Shown piece by piece: positions 33,725-41,985 of a stretch of DNA of 54,054 bases. The DNA comes from a virus: the IMG/VR virus record IMGVR_UViG_3300030442_000019; one strand, written 5' to 3'. Positions within the stretch are counted from its first letter, which is position 1, and each line of letters starts with the position of its first letter. The position numbers were made by a program, and so were the translations under genes. A model generated the notes under the pieces. That model saw only the letters and a program-made list of their open reading frames with translations. It had not been told where the DNA came from and did no database searches.

Positions 33725-34447
33725 CTATGTAATAAGCTTTCTTTCTAAATCATTCATGTCATAGTTCCGTCCATCGAAATTATTGAATCCTTTTTTCTCC
33801 TGTCCGCTGTCTTCATATTGTCCCTCAGACACTTTTGTGAAGTTGTTCGGTAACACAAACCAGTCGAATGTTATCTTCCAGTTTTTCACTTTCCCTTGTA
33901 AGTACTTGCTTTTCTTCACGTTATCCACAGCTTGCAAGACATTTTCCAAACCGTTGCTTTCTAACCTCGCTTGCAAGTTCTGGTATCTCTTAGAAGTCTT
34001 CTCTATCTTCTTTACGGGTTTTATCCCGTAGTTTTCCAAATCGTTCCAGGCTTTTATGACAGCTTCAACAGATCCATTGTCTCTTTCCGGCTTTTCTTCC
34101 TGTCTGGTCGGCTTATCTTTTTTTTCATTCTTCTGTTCGGTCTGGTATCTTGCGTAGTTATTCACCGTGTATACGGTATATCGGTTTGTGGTTTTGCATG
34201 TAACCTCACCTGTTTTTCTAAGATGTGAAAGTGCTGTCCTTAATTCGCTCTCAGACAGCCCTGTTTCTTTCGAAAGAACGGATATCGAAGAGACAAATGA
34301 TCCTCTTTTAATCTCTTCTCCTCTGAAGCTTGCATCTTTCCAGTTGGCTTTTAATAACATGTGTAAGAATAACCGACACGTCTTTATATCTGGATACCAG
34401 TCCCATTCCAGTATTTTTCTGCTAAGTTTTATGTAATTCTCGCTCAC
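33725..34447 (-). CDS. Phage replisome organizer / DnaD-like replication protein
   Basis: The N-terminus YIKLSRKILEWDWY...RLFLHMLLKANW is typical of replisome organizers. Confidence 0.75.
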   Translation of the reverse strand: MSENYIKLSRKILEWDWYPDIKTCRLFLHMLLKANWKDASFRGEEIKRGSFVSSISVLSKETGLSESELRTALSHLRKTGEVTCKTTNRYTVYTVNNYARYQTEQKNEKKDKPTRQEEKPERDNGSVEAVIKAWNDLENYGIKPVKKIEKTSKRYQNLQARLESNGLENVLQAVDNVKKSKYLQGKVKNWKITFDWFVLPNNFTKVSEGQYEDSGQEKKGFNNFDGRNYDMNDLERKLIT

Positions 34448-34815
34448 ACCTCTTCAATATCCACCTCAATTCTCGGATTTTTCTTATCAACATAGAATTC
34501 ATCCGTGAATCCCACTATGTTTTTCCATCCATCGTCCTGTAAGACTTTGGTATATACTAATGCATCTTGGATACACTTTCGCCCAAATGCGCTCACATTA
34601 TCCAAATCACGTCTCTTATCCGGTTCATACCATCGGTAATGCATCCGTACCTTTCTTGTTATTCGCAATCTTCCAAATTGCTCATATATAGCTTGTATGA
34701 CACGGGATTCATTATCTTTCTTCATATCCGCACCCTTGTACCTGTTAGTATTCAGTGCCCGGATATAATCATTCATGTTGTTCAGTTTCCCTTTTATGAT
34801 TAGTATGTAATGCAT
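34444..34815 (-). CDS. rusA: RusA-like Holliday junction resolvase
   Basis: Start refined to MHYILIIKGKL, which has the RBS GGGGGA. Motif RRDLDNVSAFGRKCIQDALV. Confidence 0.7.
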   Translation of the reverse strand: MHYILIIKGKLNNMNDYIRALNTNRYKGADMKKDNESRVIQAIYEQFGRLRITRKVRMHYRWYEPDKRRDLDNVSAFGRKCIQDALVYTKVLQDDGWKNIVGFTDEFYVDKKNPRIEVDIEEV

Positions 34816-35176
34816 TGTATTCCCCCGCATCTTTCCAACTTTTGAATGTCTGTGACATACATTTTCTTTTTTTAAGTGTCGCCCTCGCCCTTGATAAATC
34901 TTTATTGACATATTCGTGATACATACTTGTGTCTATTGGGTCACTCGGTATTGGTCTGAATATCCCCTTTCCTGTATTTACGATGCAATCGCCATCACAG
35001 TTTGCTTTTTCTATCATTCTCCGTAAAATTCTATCCACATTTGGGTCTGCTGGTCTTTGTATTGCATTCCTATGCCCATCTGATATTCGGATAAAATAGC
35101 TTTCTGCCGTCTCTCTATTCTTTCCCACCGCTTTTCTCCTTTCTGCCGGAGTGTGGCTTCTCCGGCCGTGATACAA
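34769..35176 (-). CDS. Hypothetical protein
   Basis: 135-aa ORF whose 3' end overlaps rusA. Confidence 0.45.
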   Translation of the reverse strand: MYHGRRSHTPAERRKAVGKNRETAESYFIRISDGHRNAIQRPADPNVDRILRRMIEKANCDGDCIVNTGKGIFRPIPSDPIDTSMYHEYVNKDLSRARATLKKRKCMSQTFKSWKDAGEYNALHTNHKRETEQHE

Positions 35177-35267
35177 TATCTTGTGCTGTGCATATCGAAT
35201 GGATGAGATGATATGCGTTAGAACCTGTTAATAGTTCCTTTTGCCACATGAATCTATATTTATTTAG

Positions 35268-35564
35268 TTACAACCTGTTCTTTCCGAACACCTGTATGAA
35301 CTCTTCTCTTGTTCCGTAGTGTTCTTCAAAATATCTCTGTGCCATCTGCTTAAGTTCTAAGTCCAATCCCTTGTTTGGGTTCCCGTGTACGCTTTCTGGT
35401 GTAAATTCATGTAAATGTGGTGCTAACGGAATCACAAATCCGTATTCTTCCGATTTTTTTCTGTACGGACCATAGAAAATGTGGTGTCTGTGACAGTTTG
35501 GACTTCCCGTAAAGTAGCAGTGCTCCATATCGTCAGTGAATACACTTTTAAGTCTTTTCGCCAA
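35268..35564 (-). CDS. Small His/Cys-motif protein (possible HNH/His-Me-like)
   Basis: 98 aa with CYFTGSPNCHRHHIFYG...HLHEF..ESVHGNPN. Confidence 0.35.
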   Translation of the reverse strand: MAKRLKSVFTDDMEHCYFTGSPNCHRHHIFYGPYRKKSEEYGFVIPLAPHLHEFTPESVHGNPNKGLDLELKQMAQRYFEEHYGTREEFIQVFGKNRL

Positions 35565-36108
35565 TCTTCACACCCCACCTTTCTTTCATTTCGCTGATTT
35601 GGTTCGGTGTCATAGTCTCTATGCCAAGTTCTTTCGCTTCGTACACAGTCCCGTCAATCAGTTTTGCCATTTCATCGGTATCGTAAGTATGCGAACCTCG
35701 CATTACCAAGTTTACCCGGAATACTTTTCCTTTCTGATTGGTGGTTGTCCTAGATGTAGGTTGCAGATGAACAAATTTCACATCGTATGCGTCTATATCA
35801 TCGTCCAATATGAATGGAACTAATGCACCGTTAATGGTTTCGTACTGTCCGTATTCCGCTATTAGCTTATTCTTTATGTACACATTGCTATTCCCGGTCG
35901 CATCTGCAATCTTTCCAACCAGTACATGAAAGTAAGAGTTTGCATCGCGACTTCTTTTTTTCTTGTATGCCTTAATCGTTATTGCAATCTGCTTACCTCT
36001 AAGGTTCTCAAATGCCTGCCTAGCGTCTTCATTTAGCGTCAGACTGGCTTTTTGCTTATTGGTGGCAAAATCCACCGCTAAGCTATCAAAAGTCCCTGTA
36101 TAGTCCAT
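35548..36108 (-). CDS. NinB/Orf-like recombination mediator (tentative)
   Basis: The motif KKRSRDANSYFHVLVGKIA resembles RSLDQNRKLWACLGDVS of lambda NinB. The gene is adjacent to ERF. Confidence 0.35.
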   Translation of the reverse strand: MDYTGTFDSLAVDFATNKQKASLTLNEDARQAFENLRGKQIAITIKAYKKKRSRDANSYFHVLVGKIADATGNSNVYIKNKLIAEYGQYETINGALVPFILDDDIDAYDVKFVHLQPTSRTTTNQKGKVFRVNLVMRGSHTYDTDEMAKLIDGTVYEAKELGIETMTPNQISEMKERWGVKIGEKT

Positions 36109-36783
36109 TTACAAGCTGAACCCCGCTTTCACTTCTTTCTTGTTGTCAAAAATCCATTTATACTGGATTACGGTCAACTCTTCTATCTTTTTGATTTGAT
36201 ATCCGGCAAGAAGTTTGTTCTCGTCAATTCCTTCTTTTTCGAACATCTTTCTAAGCGAATTGATATGATACTGATTAACAAAAGTATCTTGTGTAGCCTG
36301 TTCTTTCTTTCCACCGTTCTTTTGGTCGGCTCCCGTCTGCTTTTTATATTCATCTGTATCCGGGTCCCTCACATCATCCAAGAGGAACAGTGCATTCATA
36401 GCGTATTTTCTTGCATAGCTTGATGATGATCCCGTAACCTGTGATTCATCCATCTTCGGCTTGCTCTCTGGCTCTCTCGCATATCCCGTAGTAGATATTT
36501 CCTCTCCGTTTTCGCAATCGATGAAAGTTGCTACTGACTTCACGTATACTCTCCCGGCTATTTCTACAACTTCATCTCTCAGTAAAAGTGATGAATTGTA
36601 TTCTCTGGCGTATTTTTTGAATTCGTTCAGAATACTTTCAGCGCTCCGATAGTCATAGCCACCGTAATTGCTGTGCTTGTCTTTCGGGACATTCATTTTC
36701 GTCTGAATCTCAGAAAGTTTTTCCCTTATGCCAAGTTTGCACTTATCCTGTTCTGTCTTCTGCTCTTTCTTTTCTTCTGCCAT
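36109..36783 (-). CDS. erf: ERF-family single-strand annealing protein
   Basis: Motifs YGGYDYRSAESILNEF and GSSSSYARKYAMNALFLLDD. Confidence 0.75.
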   Translation of the reverse strand: MAEEKKEQKTEQDKCKLGIREKLSEIQTKMNVPKDKHSNYGGYDYRSAESILNEFKKYAREYNSSLLLRDEVVEIAGRVYVKSVATFIDCENGEEISTTGYAREPESKPKMDESQVTGSSSSYARKYAMNALFLLDDVRDPDTDEYKKQTGADQKNGGKKEQATQDTFVNQYHINSLRKMFEKEGIDENKLLAGYQIKKIEELTVIQYKWIFDNKKEVKAGFSL

Positions 36784-37700
36784 TACACATCTTTCCTTTC
36801 AAAGTAAACGCCTAGAGAAGTTAATGCCATTTCAATCTCTTCCAGTTCTGCATCCGTAGCCTTAACCGTAAATACTACCGTCTTCGAATCTTCCGTGGTG
36901 AATTCCGCTGCTTTCACTTCGTCCACCGTCTTAATCTGGTCGATGGCTTTCTGTTCCGCTTCTGCCTTAAGTCTTTCCTCTTCACGGATTCTGGCACGTT
37001 CTTCTTCTCTTACACGCTCACGCTCTCTTTCGAGTTCACGATCACGTCTTTCCTGTTCCTCTTTCTCTTTTCTCCGTAAGATTTCCGCTTTTTCCTGTTC
37101 GTAGCGGTTAATAATCTGGATAGCAAGAGCAAGGTTGTTGTTCTCCATGTACAGGTTCAACGCCTGTTCCTCTTTTTCAGACTTCATAGCCTTAATGGTT
37201 GCAATATCCTGTCTGGTCTGCATAACCTTTAGGTTTATCTCTTCCCGGATAGATTTCATTGTGGTGGATGCATTTGTCCACTTCTCACCGTAGATTTTTT
37301 CCAACGGCATGTAATCATGCAGTTCTTCTTCCACCAGTTCGTTGTACAGGTTCTGGATTTCTGCTTTTTTCTCTTCTACACGTTTTGCTTCGAACTCTTT
37401 CACCTGTCCGTCAATCAGCGCGATAGGTCTATCAATCACTCCGATCAGCTCTTTCACCTTGCCCTCGAACACTTCATAAGGCTTCATGTACTCTTTCTTC
37501 ACTTCAACCTTGCGGTCGTTCACTGCCTTTCTCAGCTTTCTAAGGTCTGCCAGATCTCCTTTGGCTTTCTGCTTGTCCTCTTCTGCAAACTGCTTTGTCT
37601 CATACACTGCCATCTCTGTTTCAAGAGATTTCTTAATGTCCTCAAAGTTTCCGGTGATAACCCCCATCGTCTGATTTATGGTCAATTCCAATTTTTGCAT
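36783..37700 (-). CDS. DUF1351-like protein
   Basis: 305 aa with a charged coiled coil, in the conserved position upstream of the recombinase. Confidence 0.6.
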   Translation of the reverse strand: MQKLELTINQTMGVITGNFEDIKKSLETEMAVYETKQFAEEDKQKAKGDLADLRKLRKAVNDRKVEVKKEYMKPYEVFEGKVKELIGVIDRPIALIDGQVKEFEAKRVEEKKAEIQNLYNELVEEELHDYMPLEKIYGEKWTNASTTMKSIREEINLKVMQTRQDIATIKAMKSEKEEQALNLYMENNNLALAIQIINRYEQEKAEILRRKEKEEQERRDRELERERERVREEERARIREEERLKAEAEQKAIDQIKTVDEVKAAEFTTEDSKTVVFTVKATDAELEEIEMALTSLGVYFERKDV

Positions 37701-37800
37701 TTCGTTTACCTCCTAAAGTTCTTTCACGATTGTTTTACACTTGTTTTTTTCTGCTACCTTGTCGGCAAGCTTATGCACATAAGCCTTGTCCATATCTGTT

Positions 37801-38049
37801 TCATAGGCATATGCCCCGATACGGTATTCTAAGTCCGGTTTGCAGATCATCCATATCTCTGCCATCTTCTTTCCCTCCTGTGATCTCTTTCACGCATTCT
37901 TCACATAGTGTCTGTCCGTCAAATGTGTATAAGCTGTCACCACTGTATACAGGTCTTCCACAGCATGTGCAGTATTCCTGTTTTTCTTCTTCCGGCTCCG
38001 GCGGTATGGTCTTCCAATGGTCATAGCCTTTAATGCTTTCCATCTTCAT
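37801..38049 (-). CDS. Small zinc-ribbon protein
   Basis: 82 aa with CTCCG...CEEC. Confidence 0.5.
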   Translation of the reverse strand: MKMESIKGYDHWKTIPPEPEEEKQEYCTCCGRPVYSGDSLYTFDGQTLCEECVKEITGGKEDGRDMDDLQTGLRIPYRGICL

Positions 38050-38251
38050 CCCACCCCATCAGTTTTAAAATCATGTCTCGCTCAATATAGATGTTTTTGC
38101 AGACATATCTTTTCAGTGTGTCCAGTTGCGCTTTCAGGTAGGCATATTCCTCAACAACTTCTACGTAATCTTCAATAACGTCTGCTACCGCATCCATCAC
38201 GCTCTGTAAGCTATCTTTTTTCTCTTCTCCCATGTTCAAATCTCCTTTCAT
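38030..38251 (-). CDS. Small acidic hypothetical protein
   Basis: 73-aa ORF. Confidence 0.5.
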   Translation of the reverse strand: MKGDLNMGEEKKDSLQSVMDAVADVIEDYVEVVEEYAYLKAQLDTLKRYVCKNIYIERDMILKLMGWDEDGKH

Positions 38252-38318
38252 GTGTTATAATTTTCTTGAATGTTTTTCTGAGTGCTTGATTGGATTTTAT
38301 CCATCGGCACTCTTTTTT

Positions 38319-38402
38319 TTATACACATCCGGCTATCATAACCGCCAATGCGTATAGTGTTACCACAAGTGCTATTCTGTAGTAGTTAAGCTTGTCTTCC
38401 AT
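38319..38402 (-). CDS. 27-aa membrane peptide
   Basis: RBS AGGAGGT. My own translation is MEDKLNYYRIALVVTLYALAVMIAGCV. Confidence 0.4.
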   Translation of the reverse strand: MEDKLNYYRIALVVTLYALAVMIAGCV

Positions 38403-38414
38403 GCTCTCTACCTC

Positions 38415-38522
38415 CTACCCGATCATAAGTATCAGCATTGCGATGAATGTGACAAACCATAAGCAACGCCAAAAGATTATTTTTCTTTTCAGCTTACGGA
38501 TAATCTCTGTTGCCATTGTCAT
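38415..38522 (-). CDS. 35-aa membrane peptide
   Basis: RBS AGGAGGAA. My own translation is MTMATEIIRKLKRKIIFWRCLWFVTFIAMLILMIG. Confidence 0.4.
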   Translation of the reverse strand: MTMATEIIRKLKRKIIFWRCLWFVTFIAMLILMIG

Positions 38523-38668
38523 GTGTGCTTTTCCTCCTGTTCCTCAGATTTGCGAATTACAGGAGAATGTGTTATAATTAACCTGTATTCGCTAAGTGTT
38601 CTTTAGCGGTACACCGCCCTGTCTGGTATGTCGGTACCAGCGGGGCACTTTTTATGTCCCTTTTATCG

Positions 38669-39010
38669 TCAGACCGATTGTGTCTGACATATATATATAT
38701 TCTTTTTATTCTTATTCTTCTTTATATTCTTCTATTGTTGTCAACTGGCTTGCGAATTGATTGTTAATTGATTGTTATGTGGCTTGCTAACCGTTTTCAC
38801 TTGACAAGCAGTTTTGCCTTATTTTTCAAGGGTTTTAGCTTGTCATTTGCTTGTCAACTGGCTTGTCAAAATTTTCGATTTTTTGAAAATTTCTTTAATT
38901 TTGGCTTGTCAATTGATTGTTATCTGAGTGTCATTTGGCTTGCGACCAGTTTCCGTTTTCCCCTTATTTTTCAAGGGTTGTGGCTTGCTAAGTGGCTTGC
39001 GATTTGACCA
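38669..39010. repeat. Candidate replication origin / iteron array
   Basis: The ORF-free region contains, in order: hairpin GTCAGAC-N7-GTCTGAC, an (AT)6 tract, a T-rich tract, about 9 direct GGCTTG(C/T) motifs plus one inverted copy, three copies of ATTGATTGTTA, and two copies of CCTTATTTTTCAAGGGTT. Confidence 0.55.
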
Positions 39011-39075
39011 AAAATCAACTACCATTTTCACGTTTACCGCAACAATAATTTGAATACATTGAAAAATAAATATTT

Positions 39076-39747
39076 TTAGGCTTTTTTACTGCCTTTCGTA
39101 CCTGTTTTTTTCACCTTTTTATGTACGTTATTACCGCCAATGATGTTCCTGTTTTTGTCCAGTTCGTCCCAAACATAGCGCCCTTTACCTGAGTTTCGCC
39201 ACTGTGAAAAACCTCTCAATTCTCCGTAGTCAAGCCATTCTTTTATGAGTTTTACATGGCTATCTAACATGCACTGAACGGTAAATTCCATTGTTGTGCC
39301 AACCGGAACGGTCTCTGAACATGCAAGGGATATTCTTTCTCCCTGTGGCGTGTTTGCCCGGAGCGGTCTCTGACACGTTCCCATATCCCCGTCAAAAATC
39401 AGTGGAATTTTGCGCTCTTTCACAAAAATAAGACCGTCAATCTCTTTTTTGTACGCTTTGATTTTTGATGATTCGCTACCCTTGACTTTGCGAAGCATTC
39501 CGCATGAATCTTTGAACATTCCTTTTACCTGGTAGTCATATACGAACGGTTTTCCATCTTCGCTTTTGTGAAAAATCGTCATTGATTTCTCTTCTACTGC
39601 ATCTACACCTAGTGTTGCTACTTCGTCCTCACGGGACGGTGCGTCCGGTGCCTTTGATGCGATATACGTCCGGTGAATCTCCTTATCCGCACACTGAGAA
39701 CCTAATACTTCCTCAGTGAACGTAATTCTTACTTTCAGTTCTTTCAT
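39076..39747 (-). CDS. Hypothetical protein (first long gene of the leftward early operon)
   Basis: 223-aa ORF with RBS AAAGGAGAA. Confidence 0.65.
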   Translation of the reverse strand: MKELKVRITFTEEVLGSQCADKEIHRTYIASKAPDAPSREDEVATLGVDAVEEKSMTIFHKSEDGKPFVYDYQVKGMFKDSCGMLRKVKGSESSKIKAYKKEIDGLIFVKERKIPLIFDGDMGTCQRPLRANTPQGERISLACSETVPVGTTMEFTVQCMLDSHVKLIKEWLDYGELRGFSQWRNSGKGRYVWDELDKNRNIIGGNNVHKKVKKTGTKGSKKA

Positions 39748-40160
39748 GATACTGTTTTCTCCTTTTCAATTTGTTCTGGTTGCTTTACCACTCTACGCTC
39801 TTCGTTTCCTTGTCAAAACTGTGCTCAGCTTTTCCGATTCAAAGCATCTCCTTTCCTTTTCAAGGCTATTCCATGCTATTCCGTTTCAGAGCTTCTCTCT
39901 TCAATTCCTTATCTTTTCGTGTCTGTTCATGCTGATCTGATACTTTTCTTATCCGTGCTAAGCGTCACAAAGCCATATCATTTCTTTTCTAGTCTCTGCC
40001 ATTCATTTCCATCTCAGTTACATTCAGTGCTTAACATTTCAGCTCCATAGCCTATCATCTCTTGGCTCTTCCATTGCATGTTGTCTTTTCTTCTGGATTC
40101 TCCTATACTGTTTATACAGGCACTGCCATGCCGAGTAATTCAGAAAAGTGAAAAGGAAAA

Positions 40161-40325
40161 CTAATTAAACTTTGCTCTGGCAGACATCAGCTCAGCCAGA
40201 GCTTTTGTCATTTCGACCAATTCCTGACTTTCATAAATAGATGCAACACATTCTGTTTCTCTCTGCAAAAAGTCACACAGTTTTTCAATGGTGTTATCTA
40301 CTTTTAAAAGTTTGTCCTGTTCCAT
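40161..40325 (-). CDS. 54-aa hypothetical protein
   Basis: RBS GGGAGGTGA. My own translation starts MEQDKLLKVDNTIEKLCDFLQRETECVASIYESQELVEMTKALAELMSARAKFN. Confidence 0.5.
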   Translation of the reverse strand: MEQDKLLKVDNTIEKLCDFLQRETECVASIYESQELVEMTKALAELMSARAKFN

Positions 40326-40369
40326 GTTGTCACCTCCCTGTATTTAATTGTTATGTACTCCGGCATCCC

Positions 40370-40518
40370 TTATGTTTTCTTCGCCGGAGTGTCCGGCTTC
40401 TTTTCTGCTTCATCTGCCAGACTTTCTACTTTGCCGAGAAAATAACCTTTGTCAAATTCTGATAAGTTCGGCATTGCCTTTTTAATCTTCTCAACTATCT
40501 TTTTTTCTTTCTCACTCA
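40370..40518 (-). pseudogene. Small ORF interrupted at an A6 run
   Basis: An ATG with RBS AAAGGAAGTGAG reaches TAG after 7 codons. One extra A would give the 49-aa protein MSEKEKKIVEKIKKAMPNLSEFDKGYFLGKVESLADEAEKKPDTPAKKT. Confidence 0.35.
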
Positions 40519-40547
40519 TGCACTCACTTCCTTTCTGTGCTATACTC

Positions 40548-40563
40548 CTTGTATCAATACAAA
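40548..40563. promoter_or_regulatory. 16-bp perfect palindrome CTTGTATCAATACAAG (operator candidate)
   Basis: It lies between divergent small genes. Confidence 0.4.
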
Positions 40564-40578
40564 GGAGGTGCTCTTATA

Positions 40579-40776
40579 ATGGAAATCGATTCTAAAAAAC
40601 TTGCACAAATGATATCAGATTCGGCAATCAAGCTTTACAAAAAATCTTATTCTGATTGCTACGAAAAATATCTGGATAAATACGGTGCTGATATTGCAAT
40701 GTCAAGAGCAATAAACGAATCAATCCCGATTCTTGTTGAGTATTTAGTAAAAGAAATTATTGAACTTAATAAGTAA
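40579..40776 (+). CDS. 65-aa hypothetical protein
   Basis: Start refined to MEIDSKK, which has the RBS AAAGGAGGTG. Confidence 0.55.
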   Translation: MEIDSKKLAQMISDSAIKLYKKSYSDCYEKYLDKYGADIAMSRAINESIPILVEYLVKEIIELNK

Positions 40777-40903
40777 GCTTTTTCCCAGTAATGTTGTAAC
40801 TTTCTTTAATCTGCATAAGCTTTTTATCTATATCGTCAAATTTCCTTGAAATAACGATAATGAATACCGCCATTACTGATAATTCAATAATTTTATTTTT
40901 CAT
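40766..40903 (-). CDS. 45-aa membrane protein
   Basis: Start refined to MKNKIIELSVMAVFIIVI, which has the RBS GGGGGGGTGA. Confidence 0.45.
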   Translation of the reverse strand: MKNKIIELSVMAVFIIVISRKFDDIDKKLMQIKESYNITGKKLTY

Positions 40904-40942
40904 TTTTGCTATCACCCCCCCCTGTATTTCGTTTGCAATATC

Positions 40943-40971
40943 ATAATATATCATTTGCAATTATTTGTCAA
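40943..40971 (-). promoter_or_regulatory. Leftward promoter: TTGACA, 17-nt spacer, TATTAT
   Basis: Read on the minus strand. It is flanked by TTTGCAAT-type repeats. Confidence 0.6.
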
Positions 40972-40981
40972 TAGAAAAATA

Positions 40982-41010
40982 TTGCATTTGCGATATTTTT
41001 ATGTTATCAT
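40982..41010 (+). promoter_or_regulatory. Rightward promoter: TTGCAT, 17-nt spacer, TATCAT
   Basis: It is upstream of the XRE-type gene and back to back with the leftward promoter. Confidence 0.55.
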
Positions 41011-41034
41011 TTATATACAGAAAGGAGGTGCGAC

Positions 41035-41421
41035 ATGGAGTCAATAAACCAAAGAGTAAAAGAATTGAGATTAGCTCTTGAAATGAATCAGAAAACTTTT
41101 GGAGAACGGATCGGCGTTGCGCAAGCGTATTTATCTCAGATAGAAAAAGGAGACCGTGATGTTACAGACAAAATTTTCAGAATAATTTGTTTGGAAAATT
41201 GGAATGGGAAAACAGTTAGAGAAGAATGGTTCAGAAGCGGAAAGAAACCAATGTTTACCACTCAAACAAAAGACGAACAAATCACAGCGATGTTGGCAGA
41301 TATTCAAAGTATGGATGAATCTAATTTCAAATATAGATTAGTAGCTGCTCTATCAAAATTAGATTCTGACGGGTGGGATAATCTAGAAAAACTGATTGAT
41401 ATGATTTCAGAAGACAAGTAA
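41035..41421 (+). CDS. XRE-family HTH regulator
   Basis: Motif QRVKELRLALEMNQKTFGERIGVAQAYLSQIEKGDR. Confidence 0.8.
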   Translation: MESINQRVKELRLALEMNQKTFGERIGVAQAYLSQIEKGDRDVTDKIFRIICLENWNGKTVREEWFRSGKKPMFTTQTKDEQITAMLADIQSMDESNFKYRLVAALSKLDSDGWDNLEKLIDMISEDK

Positions 41422-41424
41422 AAG

Positions 41425-41465
41425 AAAAGTCAAGGGTAATGCGCAAACCCTTGACTTTTCTTTTA
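41425..41465. terminator. Bidirectional rho-independent terminator
   Basis: 12-bp stem AAAAGTCAAGGG/CCCTTGACTTTT, flanked by A-runs and T-runs on both sides. Confidence 0.8.
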
Positions 41466-41466
41466 C

Positions 41467-41577
41467 TTATTTTTTTAATCGACTTACGTATATATATACC
41501 AGCTTTAACCACGTAAGATTCGTTTGACCGTTTACAAGTTTCGTTATTTCTTCTTGATACCATTTAATTTCGTCCAC
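41467..41577 (-). CDS. 36-aa protein, paralogous to the C-terminus of 41646-41804
   Basis: GTG start 5 nt after GGAGGGA. My own translation is VDEIKWYQEEITKLVNGQTNLTWLKLVYIYVSRLKK. Confidence 0.35.
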   Translation of the reverse strand: MDEIKWYQEEITKLVNGQTNLTWLKLVYIYVSRLKK

Positions 41578-41645
41578 ATAAATCCCTCCAATATCCCGAC
41601 ACGTCATTCCAGTAGCGATTACTTGCATTATAGAACATATGTTTG

Positions 41646-41804
41646 TTATCTGTCAATGTTTTCACTGATAGCATCTTTTACAATAAGATAGATGTACCGC
41701 ATTAAGCGAGGGTCACGGATTCCTTTTATCATCCGCTTGATTTCGTTTTCGTAGGTATCAGTCCATGTTTTGTTGCTCTTGCTGTTCATTTCGTCCTTTC
41801 CCAT
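41646..41804 (-). CDS. 52-aa protein divergent from the repressor gene
   Basis: Start refined to MGKDEMNSK, which has the RBS AGGAGGT. Confidence 0.5.
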   Translation of the reverse strand: MGKDEMNSKSNKTWTDTYENEIKRMIKGIRDPRLMRYIYLIVKDAISENIDR

Positions 41805-41985
41805 TAGATTACCTCCTATCAATGGCTTGACAAGTGCCATTTTTGTTTTATAATGATACATTGTAATACTTAAATAAATTATAACTCGAAACTATAGTCA
41901 AGATGTTGGCTAAAATATCATATTTTTCTTATAAAAATAATGAAAAATAGCCAAGATATTAGCCTTTTCGACAGGATGTGACATA

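Noticed and set aside
38740-39010. The repeat array was considered as a CRISPR array.
   Set aside because: The repeats are only 7-12 bp long, irregularly spaced and partly overlapping, with no uniform spacers. The pattern fits iterons or protein-binding sites.
39076-39747. The 223-aa early protein was considered as a RAMP/Cas6-like protein, because of its Gly-rich C-terminal loop GFSQWRNSGKGRY.
   Set aside because: This rests on a single short motif with no other supporting features. It is left as hypothetical.
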